Positions 23,973 through 38,900 are shown, counted from the first letter of the stretch. The stretch is DNA of 64,000 nt from Monocercomonoides exilis PA203 (GCA_001643675.2 LSRY02000058.1:62001-126000), one strand, 5' to 3'. A program made the numbers and translations. The notes: generated by a model not told the origin, from the letters alone.

Positions 23973-26548
23973 CCATTGGTGCTTAACCCGCACCCTGGTG
24001 CCAAACACGCCCCTTCTCAATGATGCATTCTCTTGTTTTTCATTACAATGAACAATTGAAACAAAAACATATCAAAAACAATCGAAATTGTGTTAAATAA
24101 TGAAAGAATATTCATTATTCTTCTTCGTCATGTCTTCTTCCAGCTGAACGTTGCTATTTTTTATTTTATTCACATGTTTGATTTACTGCAGAATTTTGGA
24201 AAGTTGATAATTTCAATGTTTCAATAAAGATATATATTAACATAATATCAAACCATGCATCTGAAAAGGATTGCCTATGACAGAAACATTAATTTTGATA
24301 ATTCTGAAGAAATTGATCATTCCCTATTTTGATGACTGAAAAACCTGAATTATCATCAACTCAGTTACACAGAGTTCTTACAACGAAGGAATATCGCGTA
24401 TTCAAATCCCCCTCGAAAAAGCTTTTCGCGATTCGACAAAGTTTTAAAGTGAAATATTCAACTGCCATCAAAGCAAAAGTTGTGTCAAAAGATGCATGGA
24501 AAAGAGGGATAAGAGCGGAAAGAGCTGGCAGAGAGGCTGGAAGGAATGTGCACCCTCAGGCAATTACGAACGACCAATTGGAAACAATAGAAAACCAAGT
24601 TTTGGTTCTTTTGTCTAACCAAACAATTGTTCGAATTCGTGATGTGCAAAACATGGTTTGCAATATTTTTTTCATGTTTTTTCTAACTTTTTTGAATGTT
24701 TCAGTGTGTGGATCTGATTGAAAATGAGCCAAAATCAAAGAATGAATTGAAAATGATCAATAAAAAATATGCATCCAAATTAATTAAACGAAGCGAAATA
24801 TTGAAAGCCGCTATCGCTAGACCAACAGATGTTGCAAAAATCAAAGCACAGTCACCAGATAATATTAGCAGATGGTTTACTGAACTTTCAAACATAATAT
24901 CAGACTATAACATTACATCATCCGACATTTTCAATTTCGACGAATCTTCGATCACTTGCGGGGAATCTTCATCAAAATTGGTTGTTTGCTTCAAAGATCA
25001 AACTCCTCCAGCTGTTCCAGCACCTCCAAAAGTACCGAATGCCACAATTTGCTTCTGTGTCTGCGCCGACGGATCTTCGTTGCCTCGTTTTCTTCTTTAT
25101 CCTAAGAAAACACTCCCAAAAGAGTTTCGTTTTCTGTCATCATTTGATATCAGATATATTAATTCCTCTTCTGGGTGGATTACGAAGGAAATATACAAAC
25201 ACATCATGATCAATTGTTGGATTCCATTAATCACAGAGAAAGAAAAACCAACCAGCTCCGATCGCGCCCTTCTGTTGATGGATAATCATTCAACACATAA
25301 CGATGAATTTGTAATTGAAGCCGCAGAAAAAAACAACATCATTTTGAAACGATTCCCACCCAACATGACATACTTACTTCAACCATGTGATTCCTGTATC
25401 TTTTCTCGACTAAAATCTACATTGAACAACAAGTTTATCATTCCATCTCCATTCTCCCTCCCTTCTTATAGAACGCAACTCGCAGAAGTTCTTCCTGAAG
25501 CCTTGGCAGCTGCTTGTACACCTTCAACAATAAAAGCAGCATTCATAAAGACAGGGGTTTGGCCTGTTGCAGCAGCTCCTGTGCTCTCTAGAGTAGCAGG
25601 AGCACCAATAGAAACATCTGCATTGAAAGAAGATCTTCATTATTCGTCTCAAGATTGGCGTGAAGAACTATTTGGTGATTATTCTTCACCAAAAAGACAA
25701 AGCGTTTCTGTTTCATCAAAATCATTAGATATTCATTCTGCAGATAAAGCAAACTCAACAAAATCAACTTCGCCGAACGAATCGATCTGTTCTTCTCCGT
25801 CGAATGATCACAAATTAAATCCTACAACAGTTATTGAAAATTTGGACATCTTTGAATTGAAAAAGCAACTTGAAGATGCTGAAAAGCATCTTGCATTTCT
25901 TCGATCGAAATATAAAGAAATTGAAAAATCAAATGTTTCTTCGACTTCTTCAACTTTGAAAACAAAGCATTCTCGAAAAGAATTTAACATTCTTTTGTCA
26001 AGCTCTTCTTCAAATGAAGATGAAAGAGAAAGAAAACAGAGAAAGAAAAAGAAAAATTATGAAATTATAGACGATGATGTTAGTGGAGGGAGCGACTCAG
26101 AGAAAGGAAGAAATATGGAAAACGAAAAGCTTATTCAAAGAGCAGTTTCACCTGCTTTTAGTGAAAAAGAAATTGAATTTCGCAAGAAATATTATTCTTC
26201 GTTGTCGTTGTAGTTTCTTTCTATCTATCTTTCTTTCAATAATGAATAAGTTTGGAATCGCGAATCGTTGAGATCAATAAAGAAATACAAGTGAATATTG
26301 TTTTTGCTTTTCTCACTTCTTTCAACAATGGAAAATACTTTGTTCCAAGTTTATTTGAAGATGGATATTTAACTGTTTATTAACTTTTGCACAGCGTTTG
26401 TATACAGTCATTTCATTAAAATCACATATTCAATTTTTTTTTGAAGCTATCATGAAGGAATCTGAAAAAATAATAACAAAAATATATGTGTTTAACAAAA
26501 ATCTGAGCGGGCGGGTATGGCACCAGGGTGCGGGTTAAGCACCAATGG
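23973..26548 (+). mobile_element. Full-length pogo/Fot1-type DNA transposon, 2576 bp, 31-bp perfect TIRs, TA TSD
   Basis: TA|ccattggtgcttaacccgcaccctggtgcca ... tggcaccagggtgcgggttaagcaccaatgg|TA enclosing a transposase gene. Confidence 0.96.
24332..26213 (+). CDS. DDE_1 (pogo/Fot1) transposase, DD35D; join(24332-24655,24705-26213), ~610 aa
   Basis: IFNFDES, SSGWIT, LLLMDNHSTH and FPPNMTYLLQPCD. A 49-nt phase-0 intron carries a ctaac branch point. Confidence 0.93.
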
Positions 26549-26916
26549 TAACAGTTTTTTTTTACTGTGTATTGACAAATAATAACACAAATCAGTAATT
26601 TCAAAAATGAAATATTGCCGAGAAAGAACAATATTGATATATAAAACAGAATTCATTCTCATCCTTTATTCAGGTTTGTTTCACTCAAATAGAAAGTAAG
26701 CTTCAGAAAAATGATTTTTAAAAAAATTTAGAACAAACAGCAATGAATTTTAAAGCGATAGGTATTTCTTGTTGAGGACCATCTTTTAAAACTAATATGA
26801 AAGGATTCTACAAAGAATAATTAGTTGACAACAAATTCATTTTTCACATTTTTTGTTAATTATGCCCATATTTTATAAATATCACAGAATAGAAAAAAAT
26901 ATTTTCTTGAGGAGCA

Positions 26917-29900
26917 ATGCTGACTATTTTGATTTATTGCCTGTTATGTCGTCATGCAATGGAACTTGATAATCCAAGTTTTCAATTGTCGAAAAACATT
27001 AACGAATGCAGTGAAAAAGACAATCAATTTATTGTTTCTGACAAAGAATTAAAATCTCCATTGCATCCAAGTGCAGATCAGAGTGAACAAATGAATGCAA
27101 CGAAGAAAGGAAAAGAAAATATCGAAAGTATTGCAATGACTGAAACGTTGAAGTCCGCAATTGAAAAATCATCAGACTATTCAGAAAAAAATGCTCATGA
27201 CTCGGAAATAATAACCAAATGCAGTGAAGATGTTCTGCATGAAGATGATCCAATAAGTGGCAGTACTCAAATGAATGATGATTTGTTGAATAATGATGAA
27301 AAAGAGGAAGTTTTCTTAAATGGAGAAGATGGGAATGATGATGCAGAATGCGGAAAATCAGAATCGAAACCCTGCAAAACAATAAAAAGAGCGGTCGAGA
27401 AATGCATTCAAAAAAAATCAATAATTTTATGTACGACCGAGGAAAGTAACAAATATGATGCTGAGCCAATCACATTTGAAGATCGGAACGTTGAGATCAA
27501 AAGCAATGACAACTTCTTCATTACAATCATCACTGCTTTAGATGAATCAAAGGTTCAACAGGGTGATGCACTGCTAAATATAAAGCAAAACGGACGTCTT
27601 ACTCTGGAAAAAGCATATGTTCACGTGAATTCTTCACGAGAAAGTGGTCGAAATCAGGGTTTGACTCTTGTAGAAGGAGATAATGCGACTTTTAAGGCTA
27701 GTCACACGCATGTAACGATTACTGATTACGAGAAAGGGTTGAATTGCGTTTTATTTGAATGCAAATTAGGATCATTGCATTTTTTTGAAACAGAAATTTC
27801 GCACTTTAGATCTTCTTTCGCCTTTATACTTGCAGAAGTTTCAAATGCAGTTATTTTCTATTCTTCAATGTTGAATGGACTCACAACAACAAGTGCAACA
27901 CAATCAGTAATTACGATAATGAGCGGTTGCAAGTGCCTGACTGTGTATCGATCTAATTTTTCGGATTGTAGCTCGACAGAACATAAACTAGGAGGGGTAT
28001 TATATTGGGAAATTGGAAGCTGCAATGATTCACACGATATATCAATTTCAAACTTTTGCAATTGCTCTTGCAAGGGCAAAGAAGCAAACGGGTATCAAAA
28101 CGAAGAATCAAAAGGTGGAGCAATGTACATTCGTGGAAATGATGGAGTAGTTGATGCATTGAATCTTTCTTTGGAAAGTGTTGCATTCTCCGATTGTTCA
28201 GCTGACAAAGGTGAATATATATTTTTGTCTTTGGCATCTGGCCGAGAACAAATACCGGAAGACAAATTATCATTTGACATGGAAGAGATTTATGGAAAGC
28301 CAAATTTCATTTTATTGGAAGAAAGGAAAGATGGAATTGGCAACATTATTGACCTTATGAACGATGGGACAAAAAGGCTTCCATATTCTGCACAAAATAT
28401 CTATGTTGGAGGAGAGACATCCAGCCAGGAAAAAACTTGCGGAAGAAAAGAAGAACCTTGAGATTTGTTGAAAACAGGTAAAAGCCACATTGTCAAAGAC
28501 GGTCATGCTATGATATTTGTGATTGGAAGAGTTGCTGTTGATGAACCATTTATATATGATGAAGCTGTAACATTAACATCTGCCATAAATGATTGCTCAA
28601 TGCCATTTTCTGAAAATGAACAAAAACGAGGAATTCTACGTGTTGGAGCGAAGATTGAAGCTAAAGAATCAAAAGCTGTTTTTGAGATTCAATATCGTGA
28701 TACAAAAATTGAGCATATCGATTTTGAATATCCTGATGCCATTGAAGGAGATGTGCTGGATATAATTTATGATAAAAACAGCTTACAAATATTTGACGTG
28801 GTGTTCAGACCTTGGAAGACTGAGCTAAAGGGAGAAAATGTTCTTGGCGGAGAAGGAAGACCTTTGCCATACAAGCTGATTGTTAAAGAAAAATCAACGG
28901 GCGACATTACCAGGTTGGTTGTCCATGGAAGAAATAGCAATGATAATGGGGAAAATCATCGAAACAACAATCAAATGGAAAATTTTAAAAGACTAAGTGA
29001 AATGGAAGAAATCAAACACAATTCCGGAATCGTTGAAGAAGTCATAGAAGATGGAAATCCGTTGTGTTCTTGGGATTCTGGACTTATATTCATAAATCAG
29101 GGTTATTATTCATACATCAACGACAGTTCATTTATCGATATCAGCGAGGGTGCCATTTTTGTGGAATCATCTAGTTTGAATATGAACAATTGCAGCTTTG
29201 AAAATAACCATCCGATTAATGAAGGTTGGATGAAATTTCCTTCTCTGCATCACAACTTCCGTGTTAAGGGGAGAAGTACCGATAAATACATTAGTATTAA
29301 TTCTTTGAAAAAAGGAAGTGATGGGACAGAGGGAAAGCCATTGGGAATGATTTCTTCTGCTAATGTTGGCGGATCTGCTGTGGATAACGCAAGCTCACTT
29401 TTTTTCATACCTGTTTTGTTGAATGTATCTCTGGAAAAAGGGGATCAGAGGAATGTAAATGGAATGGTTTATCAAACAAATGACGAATCTGTCATTGCGG
29501 TTGTGAGCGGAGAATATTTATTTCCTTGCGGTTTGACGTTTGAAGCATCAAAGAAAAGAAAAGACCAAGAACTGAAATGGATTGATTGCCCCGTTTCAGA
29601 ATATGTTAACGAAACAAGAATGAATGTTAAGATCCCGAAATCGGTTCTTGATGTTGATGACTACACATCTGTTGTTTGCCGCTTATCTTATCCAAATGGC
29701 ATGATGGATGAAAAAAAGAGCAAATCAAAAGAGTTTGTTTTCGTAAAGCAAAAGAAAGAAGAAACTGCAAATGACGAACCTAAAGACAAGAAATCTTCTC
29801 AAATAATAATAATTGCTGTTTCCGTGAGCGTTTTTGTTGTTGTGGTGGCAGTGGTTACAGCTATAGTCGCAATTTACATTATGAAAAAAAAGAAACCCAA

Positions 29901-29937
29901 TCGGTACAAGTCGATTTACAGCGTATCGAAACAATAA
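26917..29937 (+). CDS. Large type-I membrane surface protein (beta-helix-like, Cys/GGA motifs) interrupted by one in-frame TGA at 28459-28461; possible pseudogene
   Basis: The 514-aa and 490-aa ORFs share a frame. Hydrophobic N-terminus, ECGKSESKPCKTI, GGAMYI, and a C-terminal TM followed by KKKKPNRY. Confidence 0.75.
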
Positions 29938-30779
29938 AGAAAGCAAGGAATTAACAAAAATGAAATGTAAAAAAGAGCTTGCTTCTTATTGTCATCATTT
30001 TAAAAAAAAATAATGAGTGTTTATTTATTTTTTTTTTTAAATAAGCAAATTAATTTTAATGAAATTGTTTTTATAGGAGATCTGTTATGTACTTCCAAAC
30101 TGTTTTCTTTTAAGATTTTCATTTCCATTAAACAGTGTCAGCTTTTTGATGGAACATTTTTGTTTATTGGATCTTTTTTTTAACTGCCCAATTGCTGAAA
30201 AGTGCAAAACATCCTTCAGCATTAATATAGACAATTTTTATTAGTTTTATACAACTTGTCTATGGTTTATTTTTTTCGTTTTGTTTGTTTTATTTTGTTG
30301 TTGTTTATTGTTCACTTTGATATTACGATTTTTGTCTATTTCTAAAATGCTTTGTACAGTCAACTAAGCTTTTCTTGAAATTTTATTTAGATATTTCAAA
30401 TACTGCTGGTTTGTATATATTCACATTTAAATTGCTGATTTTTGCAAGTACTTTTTTCATTATAGTTTTTCAACAAAATCTTAAACGAAATGAAAACCAA
30501 AATTTGAAAATTTTCCTTCAAAATAAAATGAAGCATTTTTTTATTATAAGAAATAAAAACAGATCTTAATTATTATTAAAATTTCTCCTTTCTTTATAAA
30601 ATTGTTCTTCGGTTGACTTGTTGCTTCTGTCTTCTTTGCAATTTTTCAATCTGAATTGTTCTTTCTTTTTTTCATCATATCCACCAGCCACTTCTTTGCT
30701 TTTTCTGAAATATCAATGTGTTTGTTGAGCCGCAATCACAAAGGAAATGATTGCATAAATAAAGAGGATTGATAGAAGT

Positions 30780-31181
30780 GAATGAATAAAAAGAAAGTTA
30801 AGCTTTCACTTGATGATTGCAAAGTGAAGTTCAACTTTAACTATCTCATTTATTTCTTCAATCATTTCTTCAATTTTCTGTTTCTGTTAATTCTCATCAG
30901 TATATTTCAGTTCATCCAGCAATTCTTGAAAAATCAGAATAAGATGTTCAAAGGATTGAATGCTTGATCAAAATATGAAATTCACATACTTGAAAATTCT
31001 TTTGGAAGCTCTTCCTTTCATCATTGCCGTAATAATAGTTATTTTCTTCCTCTTCAAAAAATTTCAATAACTCCGTCAAAATCTTCTTCTTCTCCTCCTC
31101 CTCATCTTCTTCTTCTTCTTTATCTTCTTCTTCTTTTTTCTTGCATTTGCTTGAGTTCCTATCCTTCTTCAGCAATTCCAC
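30780..31181 (-). pseudogene. Truncated 5' fragment of the helical protein family
   Basis: An acidic first-exon-like ORF is followed by ELLDELKYTDEN*QKQKIEEMIEE, matching the start of the main exon in the three full copies. Confidence 0.65.
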
Positions 31182-32366
31182 ATGAGAATGAAAGCAGTCA
31201 TTCTACAGAATGGTGGATTCTGCGAACATGTTTTTCCATCCTTTTTATTGAAGAGCAAAACAGAAATGCTGACTCAAACTATAACCGTTCTTTTTCACTC
31301 AAATAGCGTCTGCATTCATTCTCTGGCTGTTCTGTCGCAAGAAAGTGCATAAAGTTTAAATAGAATTGAAAATTCCTTCTGGAATTTGTGTGCAAATGCC
31401 AACAATGAGCATTCTCATGAGTGAAACAGCAGATAAATCCAAACCAAACACGATAAAATCGTTTCTCTTCTACAAATCTCTTCAATTCAAAATCCGACTC
31501 TCTATAATTGCTTCTTCTGCTCGGTTCAATCAAAAATATCAGAAGAATTATCAAATTCAAAAACCATCTTTTATGCTTCTGTTGATTCCTTTTCATTCTT
31601 ACTGTGACAAGCCCTGGCTAATATCTTTCCCTTTTTGGACTCTCTTTCACTTTTGCACATAAGCCCCAAGAACAATCATATTTCTTCTTTAACTTTTGAT
31701 CGGAGAATTCTTTCCTCTTCTTGTATCACAGCTGCTTGCTCCTTCTAAGATGCAACTGAACGCACAATTCCATCGTATCGACAATTGTTGAACGTGAAAG
31801 CAGGTCAATAAAGTACAAATACAAGAAATATAACTGCAAAACGGAGGAAAGATTTTTGTACTGATAACATATCAGTAGATTTGAATATAGCTGAACAGTA
31901 GAATGAATACGATCAAAGAATAGTAATGTTGCTGATCGAAATAAGAAACAACGGAATTGATTGAAAATAATATTTCTTCAAAGCAGCATTTCGTGGCATT
32001 CAATGGTTTGTGACGTAACAATCGGAAATAAACAAAATAACTGCTTGAATCGATAAACTTTGACGTTCATTTGAGAAAACATTGCCGTCTTGCCAAACAT
32101 TAATCAAAATCTCGGAGAATCCAAATTGAAGCAAGTAAATCCTCCTTCTATCAAATCTGTGCAAGAGTGATTCATATGGGACATAATAACAAATTCTATG
32201 GATGGTTGCACTTGAAGAGGCAGATCACAAATATTCTTCATTTCCTGATAATGTCTGGCGCATTAAATAAAACAAACTTCAAATAACAATCACCTTTTTA
32301 CAAAATAAATGGCGCTTCGTAGAATAAAATTCTGATTCGATTGATCTGAATGCTTTTCGATTGCTA

Positions 32367-33449
32367 AAAAGCAATCGACAATAGGAGAAATCTTCGATGA
32401 CGTTCCTCATTTGCTTTCATTCGAAAACGGAATTGGAAACAATTAAGTCGCTTTCCAGGTTTGTCTGGCTCGAATTGAGAATCAGGTGAGCTGAAGAAAA
32501 AAATGGTGTTTGTTGGTCCGTTTTTCATTTTCTCCATCCTTTTTTTCAACAAATATCTAGATTTCCAAGTTGCCAACTTCTTTCCTTGCCAAAAATACTT
32601 CTCCACTGCATTTCCTTCTTGAATGCTATATATGTTTGATTGATCCTACTTTTTCATTGAATTCCATCCATTTATCTTCATTCAAAATATTATTAGCTGA
32701 ATATGTTTTCACTCTTGCAACAAAAAAAAATTATGAAAATCATGTGTCTTGCGTAACTTCATTTATTTCCAAATGGTTATATAATAATCAGCTCCATTCT
32801 CATCTTTATGCTCTTCAAAAGGAGATTGGCCATTTCAACAATAATTCATATTCCTGGGCTTTGAAAAGGATATAGATGATAATATCTTCACAATCAATAA
32901 AACAATAAAAATTACATACATTATATCTTTTTGCGTTTGAAATAAAATTGTTGTTTTCCCGTTGGCCATCCAATTACCAAAAATCATCAGACAGAATTTC
33001 AAATCCAATGAAAATCTATCATTGCCAGCTGTCATCACAGGAAATTATATTTTCAATTAAACAGAAAATTTTAACTCAAAGATCTCTCATTCAGCCTGTT
33101 GTCATTCAGTTTCAAATGTGATTAATCGATCAATTCATCCATAACAACAAAGAGAAAAAGCAAAACGTTCTTTATCTTTGGAATTGCAAACCGAAAATGT
33201 CAACACAAGATTTAACAGTTTGAATGAACTTATTTTTTAAAGCTTTTTTGAGTTTTTATTTTTCATCTATTTCTTCCATCCAAACCTGTATTCGTTCAAT
33301 ATGAATGTCAAAATTTTGTTGTTCTCCGAATGCAATGGGTTTTCGTAAATGTAGGGATTAAACATATGTTGCAAATTCACTGGTTTGCAGTTATTGTATC
33401 GTTTGAATTCTTCTTAATTGCATTTCTTTTTTATCTTTTTTCAGAATTG
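32367..33449. repeat. Segmental duplicate of 2034-3106
   Basis: See the 2034-3106 entry. Confidence 0.95.
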
Positions 33450-34770
33450 TTTGATGAGCTTGTGTATAGCGACAAGGATGCGAAGAAACAGAAAATAGGA
33501 AAAATGAATATACTGATGAGCGAGATGGATGAAGAAGAATTCAAATTAGTTTTCACGAAAGAACTGTTTGATAAAATAAACAAAATGATTGAAGAAAAGA
33601 AAATATCAATGGATAATACACTGGTGCTGTTGAAACGCATTGGATATTGGATAAAATTGAAAAGCATATGGTGTTATACTTTTAAAGATTCTCTGTTGAG
33701 CAAAAGATTTGAGAAGATGATGATTGAAGAAGAAAAGAAAAAAGAAGGAAAGAATGAAAAGCTTCTTGTTGGCCTTTTTGAATGCTATACAATGATACTC
33801 GATGACATGATTCCTGGAAATTTGCTTGTAATTTGTTTGCCTTATCTTCTGAAAGCTGCTTCAAACAAAGAGGAAAACGAAGAAGCAAAGGAAGAAGTGG
33901 AAATGGCCTTGCTTGCATTGACCGGTTTTGGGTATTGTGTATGTGATTATTGTCCAATTTTATTTAATTTTCTGGTTTTTATTTTTTATTTTTTTTTATT
34001 AGGAAATATCAGAGGAATTGTATCTGAATGAGATCAAAGAGATCATCCTGTACCATCAGGAGCATCGCAACCTGACACGACTTGCCTATCAGTCTGCTTG
34101 GGTGTTTTTATTAAACATATTCCCTGATGATAAAAGTTTTGAAGATACTATAATGAATGAACTGCATTTTGTGAGAGAGGCAATAAAGGAACTGGAAGAG
34201 TTGACAAGAAATGTGAATTGGAAGAAAGAGAAAGAAGAGGAAAGAAGAGGAAAAGAAGTGAAAGAAGAGATTGTAATCTTGAGATGGTTTGATATAATAA
34301 TGGATAACATATCCCAATGCAAATTGCGGAATGAAGAATTTGTTGGGCTCATCAACAGTATTGTTGGGTTATATCGAGCAGCAAAGGATAGTCTTGGAAG
34401 AATTTGCGGTGTTTGCATTTTTTCCATAGCACTTGCAGCAAAAAGTGAGCCTGTGAAAAATGTTGACTTATTGGAAGGTGGGGCAATTGATGTTGTTTTT
34501 GAAGAACTTTATCAGCCAACATTAGAAGATGAAAATGTGTGTAATTGTTTGGATGCTGTTTTTTCAATTTCCAGAAGATTGGAAGGAAAGACAAATGATG
34601 AAATGGAAGAAGTGAAAAGAAAAGAGATGAACAGAAAGGTATTTGAAAAGATGGAAGAAGAAGGATACGAAGATACCATCACTAGCTTTTATGAAACAAT
34701 TGATTTTCTTAACAACAAATATTATTATGAATTATCATTGGATATTTCCGATTATTTTGTGAATATTTGA
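33197..34770 (+). CDS. Lineage-specific helical protein family, copy 3; join(33197-33217,33355-33382,33445-33938,34003-34770)
   Basis: In-phase splicing gives MSTQDLT|GLNICCKFTE|LFDELV...GYC|EISEELYL...YYELSLDISDYFVNI. Confidence 0.85.
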
Positions 34771-35953
34771 GGAAATGAGATATTTCACATTTTGTTTCTC
34801 TGAATTTCAATTTTTGTATTTTGATTATTTCCTTCATCTGCAAATGGCTGTTTGCAGCCTTTATCAATAGAAATTTCTTATTGGATTGTCTGTGAATCTT
34901 CAGACGATGATGGAATTGTTTGAGGAAATAAAAAGTTTTGTATTTTGTAACTCTAAATTTTTATTTATTTTTCATTCAGTATCAGATCACATTCGACAAA
35001 CGTAAAGTTTGTTTCACATCTTTATTTTCATCATTTCTTTGAAATTCTGAAAAGCAAAAAAATATGAAATATCAGCATTCAATTACTTCTTTTCTTTGGA
35101 AAAAAAACTATCTCTTAATATCACATCCATTCACAAGTTTCAAGAATTAATGATATTTTCTTTCATGTTCGTTGTGGTCAGTCGCCTCTTCTTTGATTTT
35201 TTTGAAACGCAAATGTTTTAACTGAACGGATGAATAGAAATGAAATGAGAAAAAACTGAAAGAGGAACGAGAAGAAATGAATGAACACGAGGAAAAATAG
35301 ATATCTTTAGATTATTTGTGAACCAATTCTTGATCCTCAACAACAAAAACAAAAAATTCTACCATTACCTCTTCCTCTTCAGTCTGACTTCATTTTTCTT
35401 TCCCTCTTTTTCTTCCATTCGGTAAGCTTTTCTCTTTCATCATAAAATTCTTATTGCCTTTTCATCAAGAAACTTTTCAGCCAAATCATATTGAGAAATT
35501 AGAAGATGAAGAGGAGGAGGATGATGAAAAGAAAGAATATGAAGATGCAATCTTCAATTCTTGTGTAGCACGTTCTTGCATTGAAAAACCTCATTTTTCA
35601 TTCATCTTTTGCTCACTTGGATTGTTAATTCGACTCTTGAATCAAACCTGCTATCAATTTTCAAATGTTTGTTTTCAAATTTGCTCAAAATAGAAGCAAA
35701 CATTGGGGAAAAATAGATAAAAGTTAATATTTCACAGAAATAAGTGTTTCAATAACATTTGAAAAACAACGATTGAAATAATTGTGAAGAAAAAAGATAT
35801 TTTAAAGACATAATCGAGTGAGGTGCAAATTTTGTAAGATATGAAAACATAATCACACATAAAATAAGACAATGGAACTTTTCACACAAATTAGAAAGAT
35901 TTCTCTACATACACAATGTTTGTAAAAATAATAATTTTGATGTGAGGAAAATT

Positions 35954-38900
35954 TCACAGCGAAAACCCATTTATAAGACCCTTCAACTCTGCCAGTTCGT
36001 TTATCAGATTCAGAGCATTTTCTTTCTTGAATTCCGTGGTTGGAGTGGTTGCTAATTCTTGACATGCAGTTGGCAGAACTTCAGGCAATGCAGATGCAGA
36101 TGTTTCACTATCAGATGTGCTGTTTTCTTTCCAGGCTTCCTTTTCGGTGCTTTCATCGGTTTTGCCTTTTGGCTTAGAAAGGTGAGTTGAAAGCTGATCT
36201 TTCAGACTCTCAGACGAATTCTCAGAATAGATGCGTGAAATGGAATAGAATGGTTCATTCTGAGAAGGAAGAGGCGATGTTTGAGAAACTGTGGAAGAAG
36301 AAGAAGAAGAAGAAGAAGATGATGATGATGATGAATACGAAGAAGGAAGAAAAGAAGGAGAAGACAATGCAGCTCTTGTGGAGGACTGCTTTTCTGGAGC
36401 TGGAAAAGCAACAGAACTTGTTGGAGGTGCAGAAGAAGTTAAGTTGCATGAATCTCCAACACGCGCTGCAGGCGCCTGCTCTTCAATTGTCGATAGTCTG
36501 CCACTTCCAAAGACGTCCTTTGACAAATTTGGGTGAATTGCAATTTGTGGAGGAGAGAAAAAAGAAGGATGAGGAGATTCATCCTGCGGCAAAGGCAGCA
36601 CAACCTTTGGCTCCGAAGTCATTTTTGGAGAAATCTGAGGCGATGTTGTGATGTTGCTTGAAGCAACTACGTTGCCAGCTGCCATTTTATTCTGCGGCGT
36701 CATCGAAGACGAAAGCGCAGGCAGAGCAGAAGACAGCGTGGCAGACAAATTTGCGGAGTCGAATTCATGCAGCGTCGACAGAATAAACGCTGTGGGAGAA
36801 AGAGGAGGAGCAGACGAACGGGGCGAGGCAACAGACCGATATGATGTTGGTGTTGTGCTCCAAGCAGCTGAGTTCTGAGAGGAAGGCGATGGAGTGAATA
36901 TTCTGTCTGAAGCATCGGCCTTCTGCTTTGATGCTGCGCGTGTTGTTTCAATTGGAGCAGGGCGAGAAGGATACAATGATGCGTTATTGTTCTGATTATT
37001 TGGAGAAGAAGAAGAGGAAGATGATGATGATGATGTTGGTGCACCCCATTCGTGTCTAACTCTTGAGCTTGACGAATGGGCTGTTGGTTGATGGCTGGTT
37101 GATTGCGTTGCTTTCAGCTTTGCATTTGCTGCTAATGCTGCTCGATATTTCGCATTCAGCTCATCATACAACAGCTCCAATTCATTCAGCAGCTTAATTT
37201 TCGATGCCAAAAGTTCGTTCGACTCTCGCAATTTGCTTTCCAGTTGTATCATTTCTTGTCTCAACTCTGCATTTTCTGCCTCTCTCTCGCTGCGCACTTC
37301 ATTCAGCTGCTGCTTCAAGCACTCCTTCTCCGCTTCGCACAGGGAGAGCCCGTATTTTGTGGCTTCCAGCTCATCCACAGCAGTTATCAGGTCTCTTTCG
37401 AGCCCGTCTCTCTCTTCTTTTGCCTGCGCCAGCTCCAAACGCACCGCCCGGGCATCCGCTTCAGCCAGCGAATATTTCTCTCTTTTGTCTGCCAGCTGTT
37501 TGTTTAGTGCCTCCCTTTGAGCTTTCACTTGCTCCATCTCCTGCTTCAACGAAAGAATCTGCGCAGAATCGGCAGTTTTGTCTGATTTGTGCTGCTTCGT
37601 GGCCTTTTGGAGCGCTTCTGTCAAACTTTCGAGCTCTTTCTCTTTTTCCTTCATTTCTTTCTCAAATCGCTGCTTTTCTGCCTCAAAGCCAGCTGAATCC
37701 TTTCTCATTTTCGAAATAAACACTTCCACATCCTTTTTCAGATCCTTTATTTGAGCCACATCTCCCTTCGATTTCTCCATTTCCTTCACTTTTCTGTCAA
37801 TTTCCTTGCGAAGCTCTTCGTTTTCTCTCTCGGCACACTCAAGTCTGCTTCTCAAATCACAAATAATCTCTTCTTTATCTTTCTCTTCTTCTTCTGCTTC
37901 TTCTTCTTCTACTTCTTCTGTTGCTGCTTTTGTTTTTGTCTCAGAAAATTCATTTGCCGGATCCGCATAAGAAAGCACGCCTGTAGTCATCAAATGCCTC
38001 TCTTCCTCTCTTTCTTCTCTTTCTCTTTCCAGCTCATTTTGCAGAAAATCCACTTTTGCTTCCTCCTTTTGAAGCTGATTGCGAATAACAATGACTTCTC
38101 TTTTAGCTTCGTTCAACTCGCCTTCTTTCTCCAGAATGGCTTTGTGATGCTCCTTCATCAAATTCTCGATTCGGCTCATGTTTTCGCTTGAATCGCAGCT
38201 TTTCTCGGCTTCTCTTGCCAAACTTGCCATTTTCTGTGTATTTCTCTTTTCCATCTCATTTATTTGCTCTTTTAGCAGACCAATTTTTGCATTCAAAGTT
38301 GAAATTTCTACTTTTTGCTCGTCGATTGTGTGTTTGAGCTGTGTCGAATGCTCCTCTGCTTCATCCACCTTCGCTTTCCATTCTTTGGCCAAGCTGTCTT
38401 TATCCTTCTTGTTTTCAATGAGTTTATCTTCGATTCCGTGTATTCTGTTGATAAATGACTGAATCGCTATGTTCGCTTCTTCTTTCTCCTTCTCGTTCGT
38501 CTTTTGCTGCATTTCATACTTTTCAGTCAAATTTTCTATTTCCTTTGCCATTTTCTCCTTTTCATATTCCAAATCTCTCATCTTCATCAAGCTTTTCTCC
38601 TTCTCTTCTTCCAAACTCGCCACAATTTCCTCTTTTCTTCTTCTTTCTTCTGCTGTCGCCGCTTCCTTTTCCTGAAGCAGTTCAATCATTTCTCTGTTTT
38701 TCCTCTCAAGTTCCCCTTTTAATCTGTCGTTTTCTGCTTTGAAATACGAAATTTGCTTGCTCAAAGTCGATTTTTCTGCCTCAAAATCCTTCTGAATTCT
38801 GGCTTTATCCATCTCCATCAGATCTTTTTCGTTCGTCATTTCATTCGCTTCAGTCTTCGCCCCTTTTATTTCCATTTTCAGCGCATGAATTTGCTCATTC

